From NCBI GenBank assembly GCA_902786745.1, contig CADADR010000007.1:80282-144281 (forward strand): a stretch of DNA of 64,000 bases, given 5' to 3'. The notes beneath the pieces are model-generated. The model was not told where the DNA came from, did not search any database, and saw nothing but the letters and a program-made list of their open reading frames with translations. Both the position numbers and the translations under genes were made by a program. Shown here piece by piece: positions 18,733 through 26,635 of the stretch (position 1 is the stretch's first letter; every line of letters begins with the position of its first letter). Source of the DNA: an uncultured Bacteroidia bacterium (lineage in GTDB: Bacteria; Bacteroidota; Bacteroidia; Bacteroidales; F082).

Positions 18733-19496
18733 GATTTTGCTTCTTTCCAATAGGCAATCATCTCTTCAATGCCGAGGTGTTGCACGCCTTTGCCTTGTTC
18801 ACGGGCCTTCTGTTCCACGTACGCAAAGCGTTCGCGGAACTTCTTGTTGGTCTTTTCGAGGGCATCGTCGGGATTCACACCGATGTAGTTGCCATAAGCT
18901 GCCAAGGCAAAGAGCAAGTCGCCGTATTCTTCTTCGATATGAGTTAGGTCGTCGGGCTTTTTCAGTGCTTCATGGAGTTCACTCTTCTCCTCCTCCACCT
19001 TCTGCCAGGCCTGCTCGGCATCGGGCCAGCGGAAACCCACACCAGCAGTTTTCTGCGCCATACGGTAGGCCTTCAACAGCGACGGCAAGCCTTCTGGCAC
19101 ACCGCCCAAAACGCTGCGATTATGCTCGCGTTCCAGCTTGATCTTCTCCCAGTTTTGCTCCACTTGTTCCGCATTCTCAACATGCTCATTACCAAAGATA
19201 TGCGGATGGCGCACAATCATCTTGTCGCAGATGCCATTGAGCACATCAGCGATATCAAAGGCACCTTGTTCCTGCCCTATCTTGGCATAAAAGACAAGAT
19301 GGAGCATGAGGTCGCCGAGTTCCTTCTTCACCTCGTTGAGGTCGTCGTTGAGGATGGCCTGGCTGAGTTCGTAGGTCTCTTCGATGGTGAGATGGCGCAG
19401 GCTTTGAATGGTCTGGGTGCTATCCCAAGGGCAGCCAGCTCGCACGGCATCCATGATATCTAGTAAACGCTTGAAGGCTTGTAGTCTTTCGTCCAT
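18723..19496 (-). CDS. mazG: nucleoside triphosphate pyrophosphohydrolase MazG
   Basis: ORF 18723..19739, with the start moved to ATG 19496 (MDERLQAFKRLLDIMDAVRAGCPWDSTQT). Two MazG EExxE-type modules. Confidence 0.88.
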   Translation of the reverse strand: MDERLQAFKRLLDIMDAVRAGCPWDSTQTIQSLRHLTIEETYELSQAILNDDLNEVKKELGDLMLHLVFYAKIGQEQGAFDIADVLNGICDKMIVRHPHIFGNEHVENAEQVEQNWEKIKLEREHNRSVLGGVPEGLPSLLKAYRMAQKTAGVGFRWPDAEQAWQKVEEEKSELHEALKKPDDLTHIEEEYGDLLFALAAYGNYIGVNPDDALEKTNKKFRERFAYVEQKAREQGKGVQHLGIEEMIAYWKEAKSQL

Positions 19497-19515
19497 GATA
19501 GTCTGATTTGAGTTG

Positions 19516-19523
19516 CAAAAGTA
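19516..19523 (-). promoter_or_regulatory. -7 box (rc TACTTTTG) for mazG
   Basis: TAnnTTTG match on the minus strand, 20 nt upstream of the mazG ATG. Confidence 0.5.
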
Positions 19524-19542
19524 AGGAATAAAATTGAATGTT

Positions 19543-19677
19543 GAGATTCCCGCAAGCGGGAATGGAGTTTGTAACCAATGTGAAAAGCGGCGGTTTGTAA
19601 AGTTGACGAATCGTAAACGTCCAAAGCCGCCGCGGTTAACAACAACATCAGCACTCCATTCCCCGCAGGGGAATCTC
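19543..19677 (+). mobile_element. structured ~135-bp palindromic MITE-like element, copy A
   Basis: Left arm GAGATTCCCGCAAGCGGGAATGGAGT and right arm ACTCCATTCCCCGCAGGGGAATCTC. Internal helix GCGGCGG (19588-19594) pairs with CCGCCGC (19627-19633). A second copy lies at 45503-45634. Confidence 0.75.
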
Positions 19678-19697
19678 ACTATTTTCATAGAATTTTG

Positions 19698-19705
19698 TAC
19701 CTTTG
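19698..19705 (+). promoter_or_regulatory. -7 box TACCTTTG for the PagL-like gene
   Basis: TAnnTTTG match 9 nt before the ATG at 19714. Confidence 0.5.
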
Positions 19706-19713
19706 CAGGCTCG

Positions 19714-20913
19714 ATGAAACAACAAAAAAGCCATATCATCTTATTCGCGCTGCTTACCTTATTATTAATAGGGAAGACGGCAACTGCGCAGCTGAGCCAA
19801 AAGAATTACGAGATTGAGGCCAAGATGTATTATGGCTACATGTATTTCCAAAACGACGAATACCACTCGGCCTTGGGGCGTTACAGCCGTCACACCCCCA
19901 GTTACGAGGTCTCGTTGCATCGCAACACCTACGGCGAGCATCGTTGGGAGGTGCTCCACAACTACCCTTCCATCGGACTCTCCTTTTATTACTCGGGCTT
20001 TGGAAACGATAGTATCGCGGCGGAGCTGGGCAAGGTGTTCGCCCTTTACCCTTTCATCAACTTCCCCATCACGCCGGGCACCAATAGCAGGCTGACCTTC
20101 AAGTTGGGCGTAGGCATTGGCTATCTCACCAACAAGTTCGACCCGAAGGAGAACTACCACAACTATGCCATCGGCTCGCACGTGAATGCCGCCGTCAACC
20201 TGTCGTTCGAATACCGCCAGCGCATCACTGACCGACTGCATTGGGTGGCCTCAATCGGGCTCAACCACTTCTCGAACGGTGCCACACGCTCGCCCAATAT
20301 GGGCATCAACATCTTCAATGTGGCCACAGGCTTCTCATGGTATCTGGCATCGCCCAAAGCCTATCTCGACACAAGGCTCCGTCCGAAGAACTACCTCTTC
20401 GAATTTGACGGCAAGCGGCATTTCGTCACTGACTACCAATATACGGTTGGCTTCAAGGACCTGAGTCAGCAATATGGCACCCATCAGTATTACTTCGTCC
20501 ACGACGTCGCGGCCAACTTCATGTTCCAGCTCACCGAGCGCGACCGCTTGGGCCTTGGCATCGAGCTGGTCTACGACAACTCCGACAAGATCACCAAACC
20601 CGACTGGGACATCTATCTAAAACCGGGAGTCTTGCTCGCCTACGAGATGATGCTCGACCGGGTCAGCTTCATGTTCAATGTCGGCCTGCGCAACAACGTC
20701 CCGCTCAACTCAGGTAAGATGGGATTGTTGTTCTACCAGAAGGTCGCTGCCCGCTACTACCTCAACGACAACCTGTTTACCACCCTCGCCTTCACCACCT
20801 ACGACATCAAGGCCGACTTCATCAGCGTCGGTTTAGGTTACCATATCCAACACAAGTACTATCTACCACGTTATGAAAAGAAACGTCATCGCAGTCCTGT
20901 TTTTCCTCGTTAG
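19714..20913 (+). CDS. acyloxyacyl hydrolase / lipid A deacylase PagL-like outer membrane protein
   Basis: ORF 19534..20913, with the start moved to ATG 19714 (signal peptide MKQQKSHIILFALLTLLLIGKTATA). Carries the HFSNG His/Ser motif typical of the PagL family. Confidence 0.7.
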   Translation: MKQQKSHIILFALLTLLLIGKTATAQLSQKNYEIEAKMYYGYMYFQNDEYHSALGRYSRHTPSYEVSLHRNTYGEHRWEVLHNYPSIGLSFYYSGFGNDSIAAELGKVFALYPFINFPITPGTNSRLTFKLGVGIGYLTNKFDPKENYHNYAIGSHVNAAVNLSFEYRQRITDRLHWVASIGLNHFSNGATRSPNMGINIFNVATGFSWYLASPKAYLDTRLRPKNYLFEFDGKRHFVTDYQYTVGFKDLSQQYGTHQYYFVHDVAANFMFQLTERDRLGLGIELVYDNSDKITKPDWDIYLKPGVLLAYEMMLDRVSFMFNVGLRNNVPLNSGKMGLLFYQKVAARYYLNDNLFTTLAFTTYDIKADFISVGLGYHIQHKYYLPRYEKKRHRSPVFPR

Positions 20914-21679
20914 TCTGCTGACGTCCTCTTGCACCAAGATGGACCAGCTCTTCAACAACGGGAAGCCCGTCACCGAGCAACGCGAAGTAGGCCAACACTT
21001 CAGCGCTATCTCGATGTATAATAACGTGAATGTCAAGTTAGTACAGAGCAACCGCCCTCATTTGGAGCTGACCTGTCCCGAGAACCTCATCGAAAAGGTG
21101 ACCACCGAGGTGACGGGCGACACGCTCATCATCAAGAACGAGAACGAGCACAACTGGCTGCGCAGCTACGACTACAGCATCGACCTGACCGTTTATTACG
21201 ACAGCCTGCGCGAAATCACCTACTTCTCCAATGGCGACTTGCGTTGCACCGACTCCCTGAAAGGATATAGCACGCTGAGCATCGACACCATCAGCATCGA
21301 CTCACTCAACATTGACACCATCGAGGCCTATTGGAACCGCGGATTCACCCTCAGGATCAAGGAGGGCAGCGGCGACATCGACCTATGCTTAAACTGCGAC
21401 GTATTGAAGACCGTGTTCAGTTACGGTACCTCAAAAGTCACCTTACATGGCACTGCGGGTTATGCCGAGCATTACATAAAAAGCTATGGCTGCATCCATG
21501 CCGAGGCGCTCAACTCCAACATTGTCAAGGTGATGTCGGAGTCGACCAACGACATCTACGTTTGGGCCCGAAGCCAACTCGTTGCCTACCTCAGCAGCAT
21601 CGGCAACGTCTACTACAAAGGCTATCCCTGGATAGAAAAATACTGCATGGGCGACGGGCAAGTCATCAAACTGGAATAA
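20873..21679 (+). CDS. DUF2807-like (putative adhesin head GIN domain) lipoprotein
   Basis: Lipobox LLTSSC. Repetitive beta-solenoid-like sequence with NVNVKLVQ and GDTLIIKN motifs. Overlaps the upstream gene by 41 nt. Confidence 0.6.
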   Translation: MKRNVIAVLFFLVSLLTSSCTKMDQLFNNGKPVTEQREVGQHFSAISMYNNVNVKLVQSNRPHLELTCPENLIEKVTTEVTGDTLIIKNENEHNWLRSYDYSIDLTVYYDSLREITYFSNGDLRCTDSLKGYSTLSIDTISIDSLNIDTIEAYWNRGFTLRIKEGSGDIDLCLNCDVLKTVFSYGTSKVTLHGTAGYAEHYIKSYGCIHAEALNSNIVKVMSESTNDIYVWARSQLVAYLSSIGNVYYKGYPWIEKYCMGDGQVIKLE

Positions 21680-21781
21680 TTTTGAAATCCGAAAACGCAA
21701 AAGGCATTTTTGGTACGATATTTGTAAGTTTTTTGGCGATTGACAAATTAATATCAAGAACAAATAAATACCCAATAAAAA

Positions 21782-23194
21782 ATGAAAGCATTAAGACTTC
21801 TTCCGCTTCTGGCCTTGATGGTCTTCGCCAGCTGCTCAGCGAACCGTCAGATGGCTAAAGACGACACCTACTATTCGCCTTATGGCAATAGCGGCGAGCG
21901 TTTGGCCAAGAGCAACGGCTCATACGTGAGCCCCAGCATCAGCAGCAACTCGGAATATGACTATCAAGCCTATTATTCCGACAGCAAGAACTACGTCAAC
22001 AATGCCGAGCCCGTCTATCAGACCACGGAGACGGTGACCGACACCAACGGCGTGGTGTACACCACCACCGAGACCTACTACGATGCCGACTTCGCCAGCC
22101 GCATCAAGCGTTTCGGCACTCAAGCCTCTTCCACGAGAAGCTATTATGACGACTACTACACTGGAGGAGACACCTACAACATCTACGTGAACGGCTACGA
22201 TCCCTTCTATTGGAACTATACGCCGAGCATCTACATTGGCTGGGGTTATCGTCCCTACTGGAGAACCTACTGGGGTTGGAACTGGAACTATTCCTGGTAT
22301 CCTTACTCCTATTGGGGCTATCCTTACTACTACTCCTACTGGGGATGGGATCCTTACTGGTCATACGGCTGGGGATACTACGACTACTGGTATCATCCCT
22401 ACCATCACCATCATCACCATCACCACGACTGGCACGGCCACGGCTATGGCGGCGGCAACCACAACGGTGGCAACGGTAGCCTCGGCAGCTATGTGGCCAG
22501 TGTGAGACACGGCAACAGCACCGCCGGCTCCATGAGCAGCAGCCTGCAGAGCGACGGTCGCAAGCCGAACAATAGCGGCAGCATGTCGGGCACCACAGGT
22601 GCAGGTGCAGCCAGCAGAGTGAACGGCAGCAGCTCAAGTCGTCCTTCGGCCAGCAGCGCCACAGGTCGCACCAGCGCCAACGGTAGCGTCAGCAGACCTA
22701 CGGTGAGCAACCGCCCCACCACGAGCAGCCGTCCTTCGGTAGGCACCAGCGGTCGCACGGGCAACGTCTCAGCCACCCGTCCTTCAAGTGCCAGCAGCGG
22801 CCGCACGGGCAGCCAGAGCGGCGAACGTCAGACCTACACCTCGCCCAACAGCACCCGCCCCTCACGCTCCAGCTCTGAATATGTGCGCCCACAAAGCTCG
22901 TCGCGTCCCTCCACTTCAGGAACGAACAGAAGCAGCTCGTCGAGCAGCGGTAGCTACAACAGAAGCAGCAGCTCCAGTGGCTCCTACAACAGAAGCAACT
23001 CCTCGAGCGGCAGCTACAACAGAAGCAACTCATCCAGCAGCTACAACAGAGGCAGCAGCTCGTCGAGCTCAAGCCGCAGCTCGGGTAGCAGCTACAGCGG
23101 CGGCAGCCGTAGCTCAAGCTCAAGCAGTCACAGCTCGGGCGGAAGCCATAGCTCAGGCGGCGGCGGTCGTAGCTCAGGCGGCGGAAGAAGATAA
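21782..23194 (+). CDS. extreme low-complexity lipoprotein (Tyr/Trp-rich block, His8, Ser/Arg/Gly-rich tail)
   Basis: Lipobox MVFASC. 470-aa uninterrupted ORF despite the repeats. See findings. Confidence 0.75.
   Translation: MKALRLLPLLALMVFASCSANRQMAKDDTYYSPYGNSGERLAKSNGSYVSPSISSNSEYDYQAYYSDSKNYVNNAEPVYQTTETVTDTNGVVYTTTETYYDADFASRIKRFGTQASSTRSYYDDYYTGGDTYNIYVNGYDPFYWNYTPSIYIGWGYRPYWRTYWGWNWNYSWYPYSYWGYPYYYSYWGWDPYWSYGWGYYDYWYHPYHHHHHHHHDWHGHGYGGGNHNGGNGSLGSYVASVRHGNSTAGSMSSSLQSDGRKPNNSGSMSGTTGAGAASRVNGSSSSRPSASSATGRTSANGSVSRPTVSNRPTTSSRPSVGTSGRTGNVSATRPSSASSGRTGSQSGERQTYTSPNSTRPSRSSSEYVRPQSSSRPSTSGTNRSSSSSSGSYNRSSSSSGSYNRSNSSSGSYNRSNSSSSYNRGSSSSSSSRSSGSSYSGGSRSSSSSSHSSGGSHSSGGGGRSSGGGRR
22949..23068 (+). 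repeat. 30-bp coding tandem repeat x4 (GSYNRS(S/N)SSS)
   Basis: Units start at 22949, 22979, 23009 and 23039, and all contain tacaacaga. Confidence 0.85.
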
Positions 23195-23226
23195 ATAACA
23201 ACACGCAAGTGATATTTGACAAGAAA

Positions 23227-23267
23227 AGACTACCTTTGCAGTTGCAAAAAGCAAGGTAGTCTTTTTT
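23227..23267 (+). terminator. rho-independent terminator after the low-complexity lipoprotein gene
   Basis: Stem agactacctttgc/gcaaggtagtct followed by TTTTTT. The -7 box of the next gene is embedded in the left stem. Confidence 0.65.
23231..23238 (+). promoter_or_regulatory. -7 box TACCTTTG for the OMP gene at 23279
   Basis: TAnnTTTG match followed by CAG. Confidence 0.45.
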
Positions 23268-23278
23268 ATTCCAATGCC

Positions 23279-24730
23279 ATGAAGAGAATCGCAATCACTA
23301 CATTCGCCCTGCTGTTCACCCTCGCGGTGTTCGGCCAAGGCAGCGACGACGCCTGCCTCTTTTCACAGACCTATTACCAAGGCACAGCCAAGTCGCTGGG
23401 CATGGGCAACGCCTTAGGCGCCGTTGGTGGCGACATGACCTCCGTATGCATCAATCCCGCTGGACTGGGCATCTACAGGAGCAATGAGTTCACCACCACC
23501 GTCAATCTGCTGGACAATCACGCTCGATCCACCTACTATGGCACATCCAACGGTGCCAACCAGATGCGTCTTTCCATCCCCAACGTAGGCTATGTGAGCA
23601 CCAAGCAAAAGAGCAACTACCGCAACCTGCGCTTCACGCAGTTTGGTATCGGACTCACACGGACCAACGACTACAACACACATGCCTTTGCAAGAGGCAT
23701 CAACCCCACCAGCTCGAAGATCGACGACTACCTCGCACAAATCGACGGCTTTTCGGAGAGCGAGATCCAGGACGCCTTCCCTTACACCATCTATCCGGCT
23801 TGGAACACCTATCTTATCGACATCTATCAGGATCAACAGGGCGAGTATTATGGCAGCCCCGTGCCTCAAGGCAACATCTGGCAAGGGCAGGAAAGCGAGT
23901 TCAAAGGGCGTTCCGAAGAATGGACTTTCGTAGGTAGCGCCAACTACGCGGAAAGGCTATTCCTTGGCATCAGCGCCAACCTCGGCCACATCAAACGTGT
24001 CGGTTACCGCAACCTCAAAGAAGAAGCCCGCGAAGGCGACGACACCCCATTTAATGAATGGAGCTTCAGAGAAGACCTGAGTTCGAACGGCCTCGGAGGC
24101 AGCGTGAAGGTGGGCATGATCTATCATGCCAGCCCTGTGGTACGCATCGGTGCCGCATTCCATTCGCCGACCATCTATTCCATCGACGAGGCATGGCAGA
24201 CCCAGACCGAATCGAAAATCAACCTGATAACCCGGAAATACGTATCGCCTGAGTCGAACTACGAATACACCTTCATCAGCCCTTTGAAATGGGTGGGTAG
24301 CTTGGCCTTCGTCATCGGATACCAAGGGCTGATCAGTCTGGATGCCGAATACATCAACTATGGCGCTGCCCAATTCAGGGCCAACGATTGGGACTATAGC
24401 GAGGTGAACCAAAGCATCAAAGCGACCTACGGCCGCACCTTCAACTTCCGTTTAGGCAGCGAATGGCGCATCGGGAGTTCCTATCTCAGGATGGGAGCCG
24501 GCTATTACGGCAGTCCCTTTGGATTGGGCAAAACAGGCGGCAGCGTAAAGAAGGCCTCGTGCGGTATCAGCGTGCCCGTCTCCTACGACTCTTCTTTCGA
24601 CTTCGCATACGAGTTGTCGTACGGCAAGACCTACCGCTACCTCTATGACGCCGGTGAGCTTGGCATTGAGCCTGTCACTCAAAACAGTTTCAGGCATGTC
24701 TTTGCCACCACGCTAAAGGTAAGATTCTAA
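23279..24730 (+). CDS. outer-membrane beta-barrel protein (FadL/PorV-like fold), function unknown
   Basis: ORF 23216..24730, with the start moved to ATG 23279 (signal peptide MKRIAITTFALLFTLAVFGQ). Carries an N-terminal GMGNALGAVGGD...NPAGL motif, alternating beta-strand pattern and terminal Phe. Confidence 0.6.
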   Translation: MKRIAITTFALLFTLAVFGQGSDDACLFSQTYYQGTAKSLGMGNALGAVGGDMTSVCINPAGLGIYRSNEFTTTVNLLDNHARSTYYGTSNGANQMRLSIPNVGYVSTKQKSNYRNLRFTQFGIGLTRTNDYNTHAFARGINPTSSKIDDYLAQIDGFSESEIQDAFPYTIYPAWNTYLIDIYQDQQGEYYGSPVPQGNIWQGQESEFKGRSEEWTFVGSANYAERLFLGISANLGHIKRVGYRNLKEEAREGDDTPFNEWSFREDLSSNGLGGSVKVGMIYHASPVVRIGAAFHSPTIYSIDEAWQTQTESKINLITRKYVSPESNYEYTFISPLKWVGSLAFVIGYQGLISLDAEYINYGAAQFRANDWDYSEVNQSIKATYGRTFNFRLGSEWRIGSSYLRMGAGYYGSPFGLGKTGGSVKKASCGISVPVSYDSSFDFAYELSYGKTYRYLYDAGELGIEPVTQNSFRHVFATTLKVRF

Positions 24731-24732
24731 AC

Positions 24733-24765
24733 AAAAAAGAGCCGCTCAATGAGCGGCTCTTTTTA
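24733..24765. terminator. bidirectional terminator between convergent genes
   Basis: A-run, stem agagccgctc/gagcggctct, T-run. Confidence 0.8.
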
Positions 24766-24784
24766 ATATCATAGCAATCGATGA

Positions 24785-25774
24785 TTACTTGTACTGGTTG
24801 ATAATGCCCTTGTCGACCAAGATACGACCGCAGTATTCGCACACGATGATCTTCTTGTGCGTGCAGATGTCCAGTTGGTGTTGAGGCGGGATGCGGTTGA
24901 AGCAGCCACCGCAAGCCTCATCGAAGATGCCGACGACGGCCAGACCATTGCGGGCATTCTTGCGGATGCGCTTGTAAGCGACCAAGAGACGGTCTTCCAC
25001 CAGCTTCTCGCACTCGGCTGAACGCTGCAGCAGCTGTTCCTCTTCCTTCTCGGTGCCTTCCACCAGCGAATGCAGTTCCTCTTTCTTTTCCTGGAGCGAG
25101 TTCTGCAGCTCGGTGAGGCGGAGCTGGGCTTGAGCCACCTTGGTAGCCACGTCGTTGTCCTTAGCCGTAATCTCACGGATGCGTTTCTCGGAGAGTTGGA
25201 TGTCCAACTGCTGGTATTCGATCTCCTTGGTCAGTGAGTCGTATTCGCGGTTGTTGCGGACATTGTTCTGTTGTTCTTCGTACTTCTTGATCAAAGCCTC
25301 AATTTCCTTGATCTTGATCTTATAGTCGGAAATATCTTTCTGATGTTTCTTGCTTTCGTCTTTCAGGTTGGTGATACGGGTCTCAAGACCGGCGATCTCG
25401 TCTTCCATATCCTGAATCTCGAGCGGCAGGTTGCCACGATAGGCACGGATCTCGTCAATCTTGGAGTCGACCTGTTGCAAGGTATACAAAGCCACCAGCT
25501 TCTGCTCGACGCTTACCTCAATCGGGTCTTCCACCGGTTTGGGAGCCTCTTCCTTCACGACAGGAGCTTCCTCTTTGGGTGCTTCTGCTTCAACCTCAGC
25601 CTTGGCAGCCTTTTTGACCGTCTTCTTGGGCTTCTTTTCCTCAACAACTTCCTCCTTCACTTCAGGTTCAGCAGTGGCTTTAACAGCTTTCTTTGTTGTT
25701 TTCTTTGTTTCCTTAACTTCCTTAGCCTCAGCAACTTCAGTCACTTCGGCCTCTTTATTCACTTTCTTAGCCAT
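24785..25774 (-). CDS. coiled-coil C4 zinc-ribbon protein (COG1579-like) with a Lys/Glu/Ala/Pro-rich N-terminal extension
   Basis: C-terminal CGGCFNRIPPQ...CEYCGRIL zinc ribbon and a long coiled coil. Conserved pairing with the Nif3 gene downstream. Confidence 0.8.
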   Translation of the reverse strand: MAKKVNKEAEVTEVAEAKEVKETKKTTKKAVKATAEPEVKEEVVEEKKPKKTVKKAAKAEVEAEAPKEEAPVVKEEAPKPVEDPIEVSVEQKLVALYTLQQVDSKIDEIRAYRGNLPLEIQDMEDEIAGLETRITNLKDESKKHQKDISDYKIKIKEIEALIKKYEEQQNNVRNNREYDSLTKEIEYQQLDIQLSEKRIREITAKDNDVATKVAQAQLRLTELQNSLQEKKEELHSLVEGTEKEEEQLLQRSAECEKLVEDRLLVAYKRIRKNARNGLAVVGIFDEACGGCFNRIPPQHQLDICTHKKIIVCEYCGRILVDKGIINQYK

Positions 25775-25785
25775 ATGATTGATTT

Positions 25786-26580
25786 CTATTTATTTACAAA
25801 ATAATAAACCGCATTCGTCCTAGTTTCAGCGATTTCGGCTGCAAAGGTAGGAAATTTTTTCCGAATTAGTTCAACTATTAATTCTTTCGTAAACTGTTCG
25901 GTCTCAAAATGTCCGCCATCGACCAGCAAAACATTGCCTTCTGGGATAAAAAAGTCGTGGTATTTGATGTCGGCGGTGAGGTAGGCATCGGCTTTTTGGC
26001 GCAAAGCGTCCTGCATGAAGGGGCTTCCCGAGCCACCACAGAGTGCGACCTTCTTGATCGGACGACCTGTCAAGGCGGAATGGCGCAAGCAAGGCGAACC
26101 AATGACCTCTGCAACAAGGCCTAAAAATGCGGTCTCACCCATAGGATTCTCGAATTCACCAATCATTCCAGCACCACAAAGTTTGGGTTCGGCCTCGGAA
26201 GGCTGAAGCAGATGCAGGTTCTTCAGGCCAAGTCGTTCGGCCAGCACGCGGCTCACACCCAAATAGCTGTTGTCCAAATTGGTATGCATCGAAATCATGG
26301 CGATGTCGTGCTTGACGGCCTTCATCACGGCACGCTCGATATAAGTCTCAGGCGTGAGATGCTTCAAGCCACGGAAAATCAAAGGATGATGGCTGACGAT
26401 GAGGTCGCAGCCTTTGGCGATGGCTTCGTCGACGACTTCTTCAGTGATATCCAAGCACACCAAGGCCTTGCGGGCTTCAGCGGTAAGGTCGCCGACCTGA
26501 AGGCCAGCATTGTCGTAACTCTCCTGCCATTGCAACGGCGCCACTTCGGTGATGCAGTTCAGAATGTCTTTTACGGTCAT
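25786..26580 (-). CDS. Nif3-like dinuclear metal centre protein (GTP cyclohydrolase 1 type 2 homologue)
   Basis: ORF 25786..26658, with the start moved to ATG 26580 (MTVKDILNCITEVAPLQWQESYDNAGLQVG...SHHPLIF). Confidence 0.88.
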   Translation of the reverse strand: MTVKDILNCITEVAPLQWQESYDNAGLQVGDLTAEARKALVCLDITEEVVDEAIAKGCDLIVSHHPLIFRGLKHLTPETYIERAVMKAVKHDIAMISMHTNLDNSYLGVSRVLAERLGLKNLHLLQPSEAEPKLCGAGMIGEFENPMGETAFLGLVAEVIGSPCLRHSALTGRPIKKVALCGGSGSPFMQDALRQKADAYLTADIKYHDFFIPEGNVLLVDGGHFETEQFTKELIVELIRKKFPTFAAEIAETRTNAVYYFVNK

Positions 26581-26635
26581 AAATTCAAAATTGAGGCTCA
26601 AAATTAGGAAAAAATGTCTAATTTTGACCCCTACA

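Noticed and set aside
19534-19713. The 60-aa N-terminal extension of ORF 19534..20913, which reads through the MITE-like element.
   Set aside because: The extension is encoded by the palindromic element and a promoter box. A proper signal peptide begins at ATG 19714.
22403-22426. The His8 run, considered as a possible cloning-tag or vector contamination artefact.
   Set aside because: It sits mid-protein in a native-looking aromatic/His/Gly context (YHPY-HHHHHHHH-DWHGHGYGGG). It uses mixed cat/cac codons, and no vector-like sequence flanks it.
22104-23294. Multiple overlapping ORFs on both strands across 22104-23294 (for example 22104..22637 -, 22698..23294 -, 22788..23198 +).
   Set aside because: They are frame-shifted readings of the same Ser/Arg/Gly/Tyr low-complexity repeats. 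Only the + frame starting at 21782 has a lipoprotein signal peptide, a promoter-to-terminator context and continuity.
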